64,000 nt of DNA from an uncultured delta proteobacterium (GTDB lineage: Bacteria > Myxococcota > UBA727 > VGSZ01). Below, in pieces: positions 43,596 to 53,078 of the stretch (positions are counted from its first letter, which is position 1; each line of letters starts with the position of its first letter). The stretch is taken from positions 352,001 through 416,000 of the forward strand of contig CAVZJB010000003.1 in the NCBI GenBank assembly GCA_963775425.1. Reading direction: 5' to 3'. The translations under genes were made by a program, and so were the position numbers. Below the pieces are notes generated by a model that saw only the letters and a program-made list of their open reading frames with translations, had not been told where the DNA came from and ran no database searches.

Positions 43596-44687
43596 TCAGG
43601 CGCGCGCGGTGGTGTCGTCGCTGAACACGGCGCCGGCGCCGGCGCCTCCCGCGGCGGCGGCGACGTCGGCGGCGACGTCGTCGAGGACGGCGCGGACGTC
43701 GGCGGCGCTCTGCTTCAGGCAGCCGTGCACCTTCAGCGTGACGACGAGCTTGCCGCGCCACGTGAGCATCCCGCACGCCACGGGGCCGCGGCGACCGACG
43801 GGCGGCATCATGCACCACGCGGCGTCGTCGTCGGGCGAGTCGGCGTCTTCGTCTCCGCGAGGCGCGGCGGCGCCCGCCGGCGGCCACGCGCCGACGTTGG
43901 TGACGAAGCCGAACACCGTGCGCCGCGGATCGAAGCGCGCGCTCATGCGTCGCACGCGCTCCTCGCGGAAGCGCTTGGCGACGTCGATGAACAACTGCGT
44001 GCCCCAGTGATAGTCCGACGACAGCATGTGCTTGAGCGACGCGTGCACCGCCGCCGGCTGCTGCGCCTCGGGGAACGGCAGGAGCACCGAGGTCACGCGG
44101 TTTTCGTAGATCTTCTCCGTGGGCGACGTGCGCATGTTGACGGGCACCATCCACCGGCGCGGGCTCTCCTGCGTAAGGAAGCGGGCGGCGGCGTGGCGGT
44201 CGAGCGAGGCGAGGATGCCCGACGTCGTCGACGCGCCCTGGCGCGCGAGGGCCTGCGCGAAGGCCGTGGTGCGCGCGCGATCGAAGAGCGCCACCGCCAC
44301 CGCCGGCCACGCCCCCTTCACCTCCCACGCCGGCTCTTCGCGAAACGTGCTCGGCCACCCGCGCACCTCACCGATGTAGCGCAGGAGCAAGAGCAGGCGT
44401 CGAAGCCGCGAGGGCCGCGACGGGTGCCGGAGCGCGGGCATGGACGGGACGGTGAAGCCGCGACTCTCGAGGATGGCGGTGAAGGCGCCCACGCCGTCGT
44501 GGACCTCGTGGCGCACCAGCTCTTCGTCGACGACGGCCCCACCCATGCGATAGCGCTTGAACAGGATGTCCATCGGCTCGCCGGCCTGTTCGAGCACGCG
44601 ATAGCGCTTGCCCGGCCAGCCGAGGGCGTCGAAGGGGACCTCGTGGGCGCGCGCGTGGCGGATGAGCGCGGCCGAAGCCGTGGTCAC
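43596..44687 (-). CDS. Putative CoA-dependent acyltransferase (condensation/PapA5/WS-DGAT-like)
   Basis: HEVHDG (HxxxDG) motif, VPVNMR, TNVG. GTG overlaps the upstream stop. Confidence 0.6.
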   Translation of the reverse strand: MTTASAALIRHARAHEVPFDALGWPGKRYRVLEQAGEPMDILFKRYRMGGAVVDEELVRHEVHDGVGAFTAILESRGFTVPSMPALRHPSRPSRLRRLLLLLRYIGEVRGWPSTFREEPAWEVKGAWPAVAVALFDRARTTAFAQALARQGASTTSGILASLDRHAAARFLTQESPRRWMVPVNMRTSPTEKIYENRVTSVLLPFPEAQQPAAVHASLKHMLSSDYHWGTQLFIDVAKRFREERVRRMSARFDPRRTVFGFVTNVGAWPPAGAAAPRGDEDADSPDDDAAWCMMPPVGRRGPVACGMLTWRGKLVVTLKVHGCLKQSAADVRAVLDDVAADVAAAAGGAGAGAVFSDDTTARA

Positions 44688-45526
44688 GACAGGCGTTCCT
44701 GCAGTTGGGGCCACGTACGCGGCGCCAGGCGGCTGAGGGCGTCGGAGACGGCGCCGACCGCGAGCTGTCCGAGGACGCGGGCGGCGACGAAGCGCGCGCC
44801 CTCGGTGAAGCGCTGCGTGAACGCGATGCTCGGCTCGTGATAGCGCACGTCGTGCCAGACGCCGGCCGGCATGTAGAGCGTGTCACCGCGGTCGATGACC
44901 ACGCGCCAGCCCTGGATGCCGCGCAGGCGGGGGAAGCGCTCGAAGTCCGGCGCGTGGGGGTTCACGGGGCTGCGCGCGGTGAACGCCGGGCGGTGCAGCG
45001 CGTGCGACTGGCTCTGGGGAAACAAGCAAACGGTCTTCTTGCCGAGGAAGCAGGTGTGCAGCACGTGGAACGGGCCGAAGTCGAAGTGCAGGGGCGTGCG
45101 CGCGGTCCGCGTACCGAAGAACAACCACAGCAGGCGCCGGGACCAGCCGCGGCCGAGGTCGGGGAAGGCGTAGTCGCCTTCGAGCGCCTGCGCGAGCTCG
45201 AGGGTGTGGCGCGCGCCGAGGCGCAGATCCTCGTCGCTGGTCATGATCTTCGCGATGTACTCGCGCATGGTCATCTCGACGAGGCCGCCGTAGTGGGCGC
45301 GGTGGCCGCCGCCCTCCACGGGGATCTTGCTGTTCTTCACGATCACGGGCTTGTCACCGAAGCGCTCGCCGAAGAACCCCGGCGTCCACTTCGACCACGC
45401 CGGCCATTGCGTCGCGAGGCCGCGGATGACCACGGGCTTGCCGGGCTTCACGAAGCGCTCGACGAAGTCCTCGCGGCTGATGGCGTCGACACGCTCGACG
45501 TCGTCGAGTGGCAGGAGCTGGTCCAT
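44684..45526 (-). CDS. JmjC/cupin_8 family 2-oxoglutarate-Fe(II) oxygenase
   Basis: KPVVIRG..WPA..KW, TPLHFD, GKK..LFP, GDTLYMPAG.WHDV. Confidence 0.88.
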   Translation of the reverse strand: MDQLLPLDDVERVDAISREDFVERFVKPGKPVVIRGLATQWPAWSKWTPGFFGERFGDKPVIVKNSKIPVEGGGHRAHYGGLVEMTMREYIAKIMTSDEDLRLGARHTLELAQALEGDYAFPDLGRGWSRRLLWLFFGTRTARTPLHFDFGPFHVLHTCFLGKKTVCLFPQSQSHALHRPAFTARSPVNPHAPDFERFPRLRGIQGWRVVIDRGDTLYMPAGVWHDVRYHEPSIAFTQRFTEGARFVAARVLGQLAVGAVSDALSRLAPRTWPQLQERLS

Positions 45527-45633
45527 GGCGCGATAGCGTATTGCCGCGCGCCCAGACCGCGCAGCGCCGATCTCGCGGTGCAGCATCGGACGATCGTCGA
45601 AGGTGCGGTTCGCCCCGAGCGCCCCACGTCGAT

Positions 45634-46650
45634 TTACAGGGTCTGGAGCAAGCGCCTCGCGGCGTTCGGCATGCCGGTGGCGTCGTAGCAGCGCGCGAGC
45701 GTCGCCCGCGCCAGCGCGCGCGCCGCGGCCGCGCCGTCTTCGAGGACGTTGTCGAGCTCGCGACGCCCGGCGTCCGACGACATGAGCTCCTTGTAGCGGC
45801 CGCGGGCGTCGCCGAAGCGCGCGTCCATCTTCTCCATGATGGCGCCCTTGAGCGCGCCGTAGCCGACGCCGCCCTTCTCGATGCGCGTCTCCCAATCGGT
45901 GCGCTCGCCTTCGTCGAGGAAGAGCTTGAGGATGTGATAGACGTTCAGGCCCGCCGGGTCCTTGGGCTCCTCGGGCGGGCGCGAATCGGTGACGATGGCG
46001 TTGACGGCCTTCTTGAGGGCCTTGCCCTCCTCGAAGATCCAGATGGTGTTGTTGTAGCTCTTGGACATCTTGTCGCCGTCGGTGCCCGGGACCTTCGGCG
46101 TCGACGACAGCTTCCACTCCGGCCGCCGCAGGATCTCCCCGGCGTACGCCGTGTTGAAGTGCGTGACCATGTCCTGCGCCATCTCGATGTGCTGCACCTG
46201 GTCCTGACCCACCGGGACCACATCGCTGTCGTAGATGATGATGTCGGCGGCCATGAGCACGGGGTAGGTGAACAGGCCCACGTTGGCCTTCTGCCCCTTG
46301 GCGACCTTGTCCTTGTACGCGTGCGCCCGCTCGAGGAGCCCCATGCCCGTCACAGTGGACAGGAGCCACGTGAGCTCGGTGACCTCGGGGACGTCGCTTT
46401 GGCGAAAGAAGACCGCGCGGTGCGTGTCGAGCCCGAGGGAGACGTAGGTGGCGGCGACGGCGCGGACGTTCTCCTCGAGGACGCGCCTGTCCTGGATGGC
46501 GTTGAGCGCGTGGAGGTCGGCGATGAAAAACAGCGCGTCCCTGGCCTCCCGCGACGCCGCGCGCGAGGTCTGGATGTGTTGCTCGATGGCGCCGAAGTAG
46601 TTGCCGAGGTGGGGCAGACCGGTGGGCTGGATGCCGGAGAGCGTTCTCAT
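45634..46650 (-). CDS. trpS: Tryptophan--tRNA ligase
   Basis: SGIQPTG..HLGNY, YPVLMAADI, VPVGQDQ.QH, KMSKS. Confidence 0.97.
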   Translation of the reverse strand: MRTLSGIQPTGLPHLGNYFGAIEQHIQTSRAASREARDALFFIADLHALNAIQDRRVLEENVRAVAATYVSLGLDTHRAVFFRQSDVPEVTELTWLLSTVTGMGLLERAHAYKDKVAKGQKANVGLFTYPVLMAADIIIYDSDVVPVGQDQVQHIEMAQDMVTHFNTAYAGEILRRPEWKLSSTPKVPGTDGDKMSKSYNNTIWIFEEGKALKKAVNAIVTDSRPPEEPKDPAGLNVYHILKLFLDEGERTDWETRIEKGGVGYGALKGAIMEKMDARFGDARGRYKELMSSDAGRRELDNVLEDGAAAARALARATLARCYDATGMPNAARRLLQTL

Positions 46651-47213
46651 GGGACGGGGTTACCGCCTTCTGGCTGCGGAGGCTGCGGGGGAACGGAGTC
46701 GGGCGGGGGCGTCCCGGCGGGCGGCTCGGGGGGCAGCGGCGGCGGGTTCGGGTCGAGGTCTTCCGGGATGAGCCAACTGTCCGTCGGCTGCAGGAACCCC
46801 TTGGGTCTGAGCGTGATCTTCACGCGCTCGGGGTAGCGCTGCAAAAACACCAAGGACAGGAGCGTCGGGCTCGTGATCAACGCCCAGCCGACCGTGATCA
46901 CCGGTCCGATGAAGGGGATGACCACGAACGGCACGGCCAGGAACGGGGTGACCGCGAGGATGGCGGGCCACAGGAACCACTCGCTCTGGGTGACCGTCAC
47001 CGTCGCCGTCTCGTAGCTCTCCGCGTCGGCGGTGACGTGCAGCCGGCCGCCCGTGGACGTGTACTGGGTGGTCACCACCGGCGACTCGCCGACCGACTTT
47101 CCGTCGATGGCGATGTTTGCCCCGGGGGGCTCCGTCTCGATGATCATCGTGTGCGCGCAGCCGCTCGCCCCAAGGACGGCAAGGACGACGACGGAGAGGC
47201 TCGCGCGAACCAT
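46647..47213 (-). CDS. PEGA-domain lipoprotein
   Basis: Lipobox ASGC, TEPPGANIAIDG..GESP, hydrophobic hairpin, Pro-rich tail. Confidence 0.75.
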   Translation of the reverse strand: MVRASLSVVVLAVLGASGCAHTMIIETEPPGANIAIDGKSVGESPVVTTQYTSTGGRLHVTADAESYETATVTVTQSEWFLWPAILAVTPFLAVPFVVIPFIGPVITVGWALITSPTLLSLVFLQRYPERVKITLRPKGFLQPTDSWLIPEDLDPNPPPLPPEPPAGTPPPDSVPPQPPQPEGGNPVP

Positions 47214-47237
47214 GATCAACCCGTATAACGCGCCGGC

Positions 47238-49154
47238 ATGCCATGGTCGAAAATCCCGCGGTGGGTGCTCGCCGTCCTCTCCGGGCTGCTCCTCGGGCTC
47301 TCGCAACCCCTCGTCATCGAGAGCCTCGGTGACAATCCCATCGACAAAAGCGGCCTCACCGGCTGCCTCGCCCTCGTCGGCCTCGTCCCGGTCCTCCTCG
47401 CCATCCGCGGCGCGGGACCCAAGAAGGCGTACTGGCTCGGCTTCCTCACGTGCTTCGTGCAGTTCACCATCAACGTGCAGTGGCTCGTCGTGGCCATGGT
47501 GGTGTTCGGCCGCATCCCGCTCGTCATCTCCTGGCTCATCCTCGCCTTGCTCACGTCGGCCATGGCCGGCTACGTCGCCGCCGCCTGGGCCGTCACCCGC
47601 ATGCTCGCCGGGCGCTTCTCCTTCCCCATGTGGCTCGTGTTCCCCGCCGCGCTCACCACGGCGGAGCTCCTCAGGAACTTCGGGCCGCTCGGCGGCTTTC
47701 CGTGGGGGAACATCGGCACGTCGTTCGCGACGGTGCCGCTGTTGTTGCAGCCGGCGGCGCTGTTCGGCGTGCACGGGCTGGTGTTCTGTGCGGCGCTCGT
47801 GTCGTCGTCGCTCGCCGAGTTCATCGCCGCGCGCAACAAGCGCGCGCTCGCCGTGTTCGTCGGCGTCCTCGCCTGCTGGATCGGCTACGGCGCCGTGCGG
47901 CTGAGCACCGAGCCCTCGGCGCCCACGGTGCGCGTGGGGCTGCTGCAGGGCAACATCGAGCAGGGCATCCGAAACGACGTCCCGTGGACGGGCCGGAAGA
48001 TCCTCGAGCGCTACCACACGCTCTCCGACGAGGCCGTCGAGAAGGGCGCGCAGATCGTGGTGTGGCCGGAGGCGGCGTTCCCGCTGCAGCTGCCGCGCAA
48101 GCTCACGCAGCTCAAGGACCTGGCGGGGCACCTGGTGCCGCGGGCGGCCGTGGTCGGCGCCGTCGGCTACGAGCACGGCGTGCACAGCAACTCGGCGTAC
48201 ATCATCGGCGCCGACGAGCGCGTCGTCGGGCGCGTCGACAAGACCCACCTCGTCCCGTTCGGCGAGTACGTGCCGTGGCCGCTCGGCGCGCTCGTGCGCC
48301 AGCTCGTCCCCATCGGCGGCACGCAGCCGGGCGAGGGCTACCACGGCATCCCGGTGACGGTGACGACGTCGGCGGGCGACCGTGAGCTCAAGCTCGGCAC
48401 CACCATCTGCTACGAGGGCATCTTCCCCGAGATCGCGCGCAACCTCCGGAAGGGAGGCGCGGAGCTCCACGTCAACATCACCAACGACGGCTGGTACGGC
48501 ATCTCCGGCGCCCCTACGCAGCACCTCGACTTCTACGCGCTGCGCGCCGTCGAGAGCGGGATGCCCGTGGTCCGCGCGGCCAACACCGGCAAGTCGGCGT
48601 GGGTGGACACGCGCGGGCGCATCCACGACGCCACCGCCATCTACACCGACCGCGCCGTCGTCGCCGACGTCCCGCTCGTCCTCGAAGACACGCTGTTCGT
48701 TGCGCTCGGCGAGTGGCTGAGCGTGCCGTGCGCCGTGTTCATCCTCGCCGCCTGGTTCTTGTCGATGCTCGGCGGCGACGTCGTGCGCCGCAAGCGCGCC
48801 AGGCTCGACGCCGTCCTCGGCTACGGCGGCGTCGCCGTCGCCGTAGCCGGCACCGTGACCTACTTCGCCATGGGCAGCCTGCACGCCGACGAGGCCAACG
48901 CCACGCGCTTCCTCGTGCTCGTGCTCTTCGGCTTGTTGATCGGGCTCGGGGCGCTGTCGGGGCGCCCGTGGGGGCGCAAGGCGCAGATGGTCGTGGGCGT
49001 CGTGATGTCGCTCGTCGGCCTCGTGTCCACGCTCGTGTGGACCCCGATCATGCTCCTGTCGCTCGTGTTCGGCACCGCGCTGTTCGCGGTTCAGCTCAGC
49101 CGCAAAGACGCGTACACCCGCAACGTCGACCCACTTGTCCAAGCGGACGCGTGA
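47238..49154 (+). CDS. lnt: Apolipoprotein N-acyltransferase
   Basis: GFPW, QGNI, WPE, K.HLVPFGEY, ICYE, TNDGW, RAANTG; extra C-terminal TM helices. Confidence 0.95.
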   Translation: MPWSKIPRWVLAVLSGLLLGLSQPLVIESLGDNPIDKSGLTGCLALVGLVPVLLAIRGAGPKKAYWLGFLTCFVQFTINVQWLVVAMVVFGRIPLVISWLILALLTSAMAGYVAAAWAVTRMLAGRFSFPMWLVFPAALTTAELLRNFGPLGGFPWGNIGTSFATVPLLLQPAALFGVHGLVFCAALVSSSLAEFIAARNKRALAVFVGVLACWIGYGAVRLSTEPSAPTVRVGLLQGNIEQGIRNDVPWTGRKILERYHTLSDEAVEKGAQIVVWPEAAFPLQLPRKLTQLKDLAGHLVPRAAVVGAVGYEHGVHSNSAYIIGADERVVGRVDKTHLVPFGEYVPWPLGALVRQLVPIGGTQPGEGYHGIPVTVTTSAGDRELKLGTTICYEGIFPEIARNLRKGGAELHVNITNDGWYGISGAPTQHLDFYALRAVESGMPVVRAANTGKSAWVDTRGRIHDATAIYTDRAVVADVPLVLEDTLFVALGEWLSVPCAVFILAAWFLSMLGGDVVRRKRARLDAVLGYGGVAVAVAGTVTYFAMGSLHADEANATRFLVLVLFGLLIGLGALSGRPWGRKAQMVVGVVMSLVGLVSTLVWTPIMLLSLVFGTALFAVQLSRKDAYTRNVDPLVQADA

Positions 49155-49172
49155 CGCCACATTGATGGACCC

Positions 49173-50288
49173 ATGACCGCCGCGAACATCGCCGACGACA
49201 TCAAGCGCGCGCTGGACGATCTGAGCGCCCGCCTCGACTCCCTCGAGCTGCCGCTCGACATCCAGCAGAAGCGGCACCGCATCGCCGACCTCGACGACAA
49301 GATGAGCGCGCCAGACTTCTGGAACGCGCCGGACAAGGCGCAGGTGGTGCAGAAGGAGCGCACCAAGCTCGACACCGCCGTGAAGAGCTTCACGGGCGCC
49401 CGCAAGTCGGTGCAGGACCTGCGCGAGCTCCTCGAGATGGCGGGCGAGGACGAGGCCACGCTGCACGACATCGAGGCCGACCTGAAGAAGGTCGACGAAG
49501 ACGTGCGCGGGCTCGAGCTGCAGCGCATGCTGCGCGGCCCCAACGACGGCAACGACGCCATCGTCACGATCAACGTCGGCCAGGGCGGCGCGGACGCGCA
49601 GGAGTTCTCCGAGATGCTCCTGCGCATGTACAAGCGCTACGGCGAGCGAAAGGGCTTCACCGTCGAGGTGGCCGACGTCATCCCGGCGGAGCCGTCCGGC
49701 ATCAAGAGCGCCGTGCTCATCGTGCGCGGGCAAAACGCCTTCGGCTTCATGAAGGCGGAGATCGGGGTGCACCGGCTGGTGCGCATGTCGCCGTTTTCGG
49801 GGAGGCGCGAGACGAGCTTCGCCGGCGTCTCGGTGGCGCCCGACGTCTCCGACGACATCGAGATCGTCCTGAACCCCGCCGACCTCGAGATCTCCACCAT
49901 GCGCTCCGGTGGCGCCGGCGGCCAGCACGTGAACAAGACCGAGTCCGCGGTGCAGGTGATGCACAAGCCCTCGGGCATCTTCGTCCGCAGCGAGCAGCAA
50001 AGGAGCCAGCTCCAGAACAAGGAGATGGCGCTGAAGCTCTTGAAGGCGCGCCTGTACGAGCGCGAATTGCAGCGGCGCCTCGAGGAGAAGGACAAGGCGC
50101 TCGCGGAGAAGATGAAGGCGAGCTTCGGCTCGCAGATCAGAAACTACGTCCTCGCGCCGTACCGCCTGGCCAAGGACTTGCGCTCCGGCTACGAGTCCGG
50201 CAACGTCGACGCCGTCCTCGACGGCGAGCTGCAGGGCTTCATCGAGGCGTACCTGCTCAGCGAAGAGGCGCAGCAGGCCAAGGTTTGA
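49173..50288 (+). CDS. prfB: Peptide chain release factor 2 (continuous ORF, no programmed frameshift)
   Basis: SPF tripeptide (RMSPF), GGQ, QIRNYV. Confidence 0.95.
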   Translation: MTAANIADDIKRALDDLSARLDSLELPLDIQQKRHRIADLDDKMSAPDFWNAPDKAQVVQKERTKLDTAVKSFTGARKSVQDLRELLEMAGEDEATLHDIEADLKKVDEDVRGLELQRMLRGPNDGNDAIVTINVGQGGADAQEFSEMLLRMYKRYGERKGFTVEVADVIPAEPSGIKSAVLIVRGQNAFGFMKAEIGVHRLVRMSPFSGRRETSFAGVSVAPDVSDDIEIVLNPADLEISTMRSGGAGGQHVNKTESAVQVMHKPSGIFVRSEQQRSQLQNKEMALKLLKARLYERELQRRLEEKDKALAEKMKASFGSQIRNYVLAPYRLAKDLRSGYESGNVDAVLDGELQGFIEAYLLSEEAQQAKV

Positions 50289-50322
50289 CGGGGCTCTGCC
50301 CCAGGTCTTCGTCGCGCGTCTC

Positions 50323-51177
50323 TCAGCGGCGCGGGTGACGCGGCGGGGGCAGGGGTGGCGGCGCGTGCTCGTCGATGAGGCCGCCGGCGATGGCGCCGCC
50401 GACGGCGCCGCCCACGGCTGCGCCGGCGGCGCCCCCGGTGGCGGCGGCGACGATGAGGTCGAAGGACGCCGTCGACGGGCTCGCGCGCGCGTCGGATCCC
50501 AGGAGGAGCCCGATGAGCGCCCCCGTCCCGAAGCCGGCGGCGGCGCCGACGCCGGAGCCGGCGGTGGCCCACGTGACGTCGCTCGAGGAGCCGCCCGACA
50601 TGGGGCCCGCGCACGGGTCGCCGCAATTGCCGCAGCCGGTGCCGACGGAGAGGCCGCCGAAGCTGCCCAGGACGGCGGCGCCGAGGACGAGGCAGCCGAT
50701 GGCGGTGCAGGCGGCGACGGAGCCCCAGTCCTCGACCTTGGGGTTGTCGACCAAGAACGCCACTACGCTCGAGCCGCCGAAGAACGCCGACAGCGCCGGC
50801 ATCGCCGCCGCCGCGACGAGGACGAGCACGTCGGTGGGCGCGCCGGGCACGGCGACGCCGTACACGAGGACGGCGCCGCCGAGCGCGGCGCCGAGGATGG
50901 CGCCGGTGCCGCCGGCGAGGGCGCCGCGCACCGCGCCGGGGAGGGCGTGCTGCACGACGACGGGCGCGTGCGCGTCGGGCTTGGGCGCCGCGTGCGCCGC
51001 GGGCGCCGCGGGCGCGGGGGCGGCGGCGGGGTCTTCGCGGGGCGTGACGGGGACGGGCTCCGCCGGATCCTGGGGCTGCAGGATCGGCGGCGGGGGCGGC
51101 ACGCCGGGCGGATCGGCGAGGGCACGGCCCGACGCCACGGCGATCACCAGCAGCGAGATCTGGACGGCGCGCGACAC
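50323..51177 (-). CDS. Hypothetical exported/membrane glycine-zipper protein
   Basis: Signal peptide ending ALA-D, Pro-rich linker, GxxxG helices, CGNCGDPC loop. Start approximate. Confidence 0.65.
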   Translation of the reverse strand: MSRAVQISLLVIAVASGRALADPPGVPPPPPILQPQDPAEPVPVTPREDPAAAPAPAAPAAHAAPKPDAHAPVVVQHALPGAVRGALAGGTGAILGAALGGAVLVYGVAVPGAPTDVLVLVAAAAMPALSAFFGGSSVVAFLVDNPKVEDWGSVAACTAIGCLVLGAAVLGSFGGLSVGTGCGNCGDPCAGPMSGGSSSDVTWATAGSGVGAAAGFGTGALIGLLLGSDARASPSTASFDLIVAAATGGAAGAAVGGAVGGAIAGGLIDEHAPPPLPPPRHPRR

Positions 51178-51328
51178 GCTCCGACCGTAGCGGATCCGGC
51201 GGATCGGCGCCGGCTCGCCGGCCGTTGCATCCAGGAGCGGCGATCCGCGGCCGCGCCGATCGTCGTCGGTCCCCGGCGCATTTGAGCGCCGAGGGGCCCG
51301 CGTGGTATTCGAGGGTTCCGGAGGGCGC

Positions 51329-53038
51329 GTGGCGCAGTGTGTCGTCTGCAGCAGCGAGATTCGCGACGACGCGCGGTTCTGCCCGTCGTGCGGAGCCGAG
51401 CAGCCGCGCATGGAGGTCGCCGGCACCGACGCCGACCCGCTCATGGGCAAGGTGGTCGCCCGCAAGTTCAAGGTCGAAAAGCTCCTCGGCGTCGGCGGCA
51501 TGGGCAAGGTCTACAAGGCCCGGCAGCTCAGCCTCGACAAGGCCGTCGTCGTCAAGGTCCTCCACGATCAGTTCCGTGAAGACCCGCAGCTCGTGCAGCG
51601 CTTCCAGCGCGAGGCCAAGGCCGCGTCGCGCCTGAACCACCCGAACTCCATCCAGATCATCGACTTCGGCCAGGACGACGGCGGCGTCGTGTTCATGGCC
51701 ATGGAATTCCTCCAGGGCCAGGACCTGTTCGCGGTCCTCAAGAGGGACGGGCCGCTGCCGCCCGGGCGCATCGCCAAGATCATGATCCAGGCGTGCTCGG
51801 CGCTGGCGGAGGCGCACGAGCAGCACGTCGTGCACCGCGACCTCAAGCCCGAAAACATCATGGTCGAGGACCGCCGGGGCCAGAAGGACTTCGTCAAGGT
51901 CCTCGACTTCGGCATCGCCAAGATCCAGGACCCCGGCGAGGGACAGCAGGCGCTCACGCAGGCCGGCATGGTGTGCGGGACGCCCGAGTACATGTCGCCC
52001 GAGCAGGCGCGCGGCCTCCAGCTCGACCCGCGCAGCGACATCTACGCCCTCGGCGTCGTCATGTATCAGCTCGCCGTCGGTGAGCTGCCCTTCGTGGCGG
52101 ACACGCCCATCGGCATCGTCACCAAGCACATCCTCGAGAAGCCGGTGCCGCCGCGGCAGCGCGCGCCGCAGCTCAACATCCCCGAGGAGCTCGAAAACAT
52201 CATCATGAAGGCGATGGAGAAGGAGGCGGACAAGCGCTTCTCCAACGCCACCGAGCTCGCCGAGGCCCTCGAGGCCCTCGCGGTGAATTACCCGTACGAC
52301 GCCAAGGACGGCTCGGGCGCGCACCCGCGCGTGAGCACCGGCACGTCGGGCACCAACACCGCCGCCACCAACAAGCAGGGCGGCACCGCCGTCGTCTCGA
52401 CGGGCACGAGCACCACCACCAAGCCCACGCCCACGGGGCAGGCGCTCGATGGGCACGACGGCGGCGGCGGCGGCAGCGGGCTCAAGATCGCGGCGGCGTC
52501 GTTCGTCGGCGTCGTGCTCCTCGCGGTGGCGGCGCTGGTGGTCTTCAAGCTCTTCCTCAACAAGCCGGACCAGCCGCAGACCGCGGACGCAGGTGTCGCG
52601 GCCGTGGTCGCGGACGCCGGCGCTGTCGTCGCCGACGCGGGCAACGCGATCGTTCCGCCGCCGGCGATCGTCGACGCCGGCAGCGACGAGCCGGAGGACG
52701 TGGACGCGGGCGTCGTCGCCATCGTCGACGCCGGCAGCGCGAAGCGCGTGGACGCGGGCGTCGTGCGCCCCCCCCGCGGCAACCACTTGGCGGCGAAGAA
52801 GATCTTCGGACCCGCGCACCAGCAGTTCATCCAGGGCGACTGCGGCAAGGCGATGCCCGAGCTCATCAAGGCGGCCAGGCTCGACCCCACCTTCGGCGAG
52901 CCCATGCGCGACATCGCCATGTGCCACAAGCTCGCCGGCCACGCCGACGGCGCCTGCAGCGCCATCAAGGAGTTCGTGAAGCGCAAGCACATGCGCGGCG
53001 CGAACGCCGAGAATTATCTCAAGCAGTTCTGCCAGTAA
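51329..53038 (+). CDS. Membrane Ser/Thr protein kinase with N-terminal zinc ribbon and C-terminal TPR-like region
   Basis: CVVC..FCPSC; LGVGGMG, HRDLKPEN, DFGIAK, GTPEYMSPE; TM; VADAG/VDAG repeats. Confidence 0.95.
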   Translation: MAQCVVCSSEIRDDARFCPSCGAEQPRMEVAGTDADPLMGKVVARKFKVEKLLGVGGMGKVYKARQLSLDKAVVVKVLHDQFREDPQLVQRFQREAKAASRLNHPNSIQIIDFGQDDGGVVFMAMEFLQGQDLFAVLKRDGPLPPGRIAKIMIQACSALAEAHEQHVVHRDLKPENIMVEDRRGQKDFVKVLDFGIAKIQDPGEGQQALTQAGMVCGTPEYMSPEQARGLQLDPRSDIYALGVVMYQLAVGELPFVADTPIGIVTKHILEKPVPPRQRAPQLNIPEELENIIMKAMEKEADKRFSNATELAEALEALAVNYPYDAKDGSGAHPRVSTGTSGTNTAATNKQGGTAVVSTGTSTTTKPTPTGQALDGHDGGGGGSGLKIAAASFVGVVLLAVAALVVFKLFLNKPDQPQTADAGVAAVVADAGAVVADAGNAIVPPPAIVDAGSDEPEDVDAGVVAIVDAGSAKRVDAGVVRPPRGNHLAAKKIFGPAHQQFIQGDCGKAMPELIKAARLDPTFGEPMRDIAMCHKLAGHADGACSAIKEFVKRKHMRGANAENYLKQFCQ

Positions 53039-53078
53039 CGGCTCGGCTGCCGGCTCAGGGGCGGCCCAGGGGGCCAGC

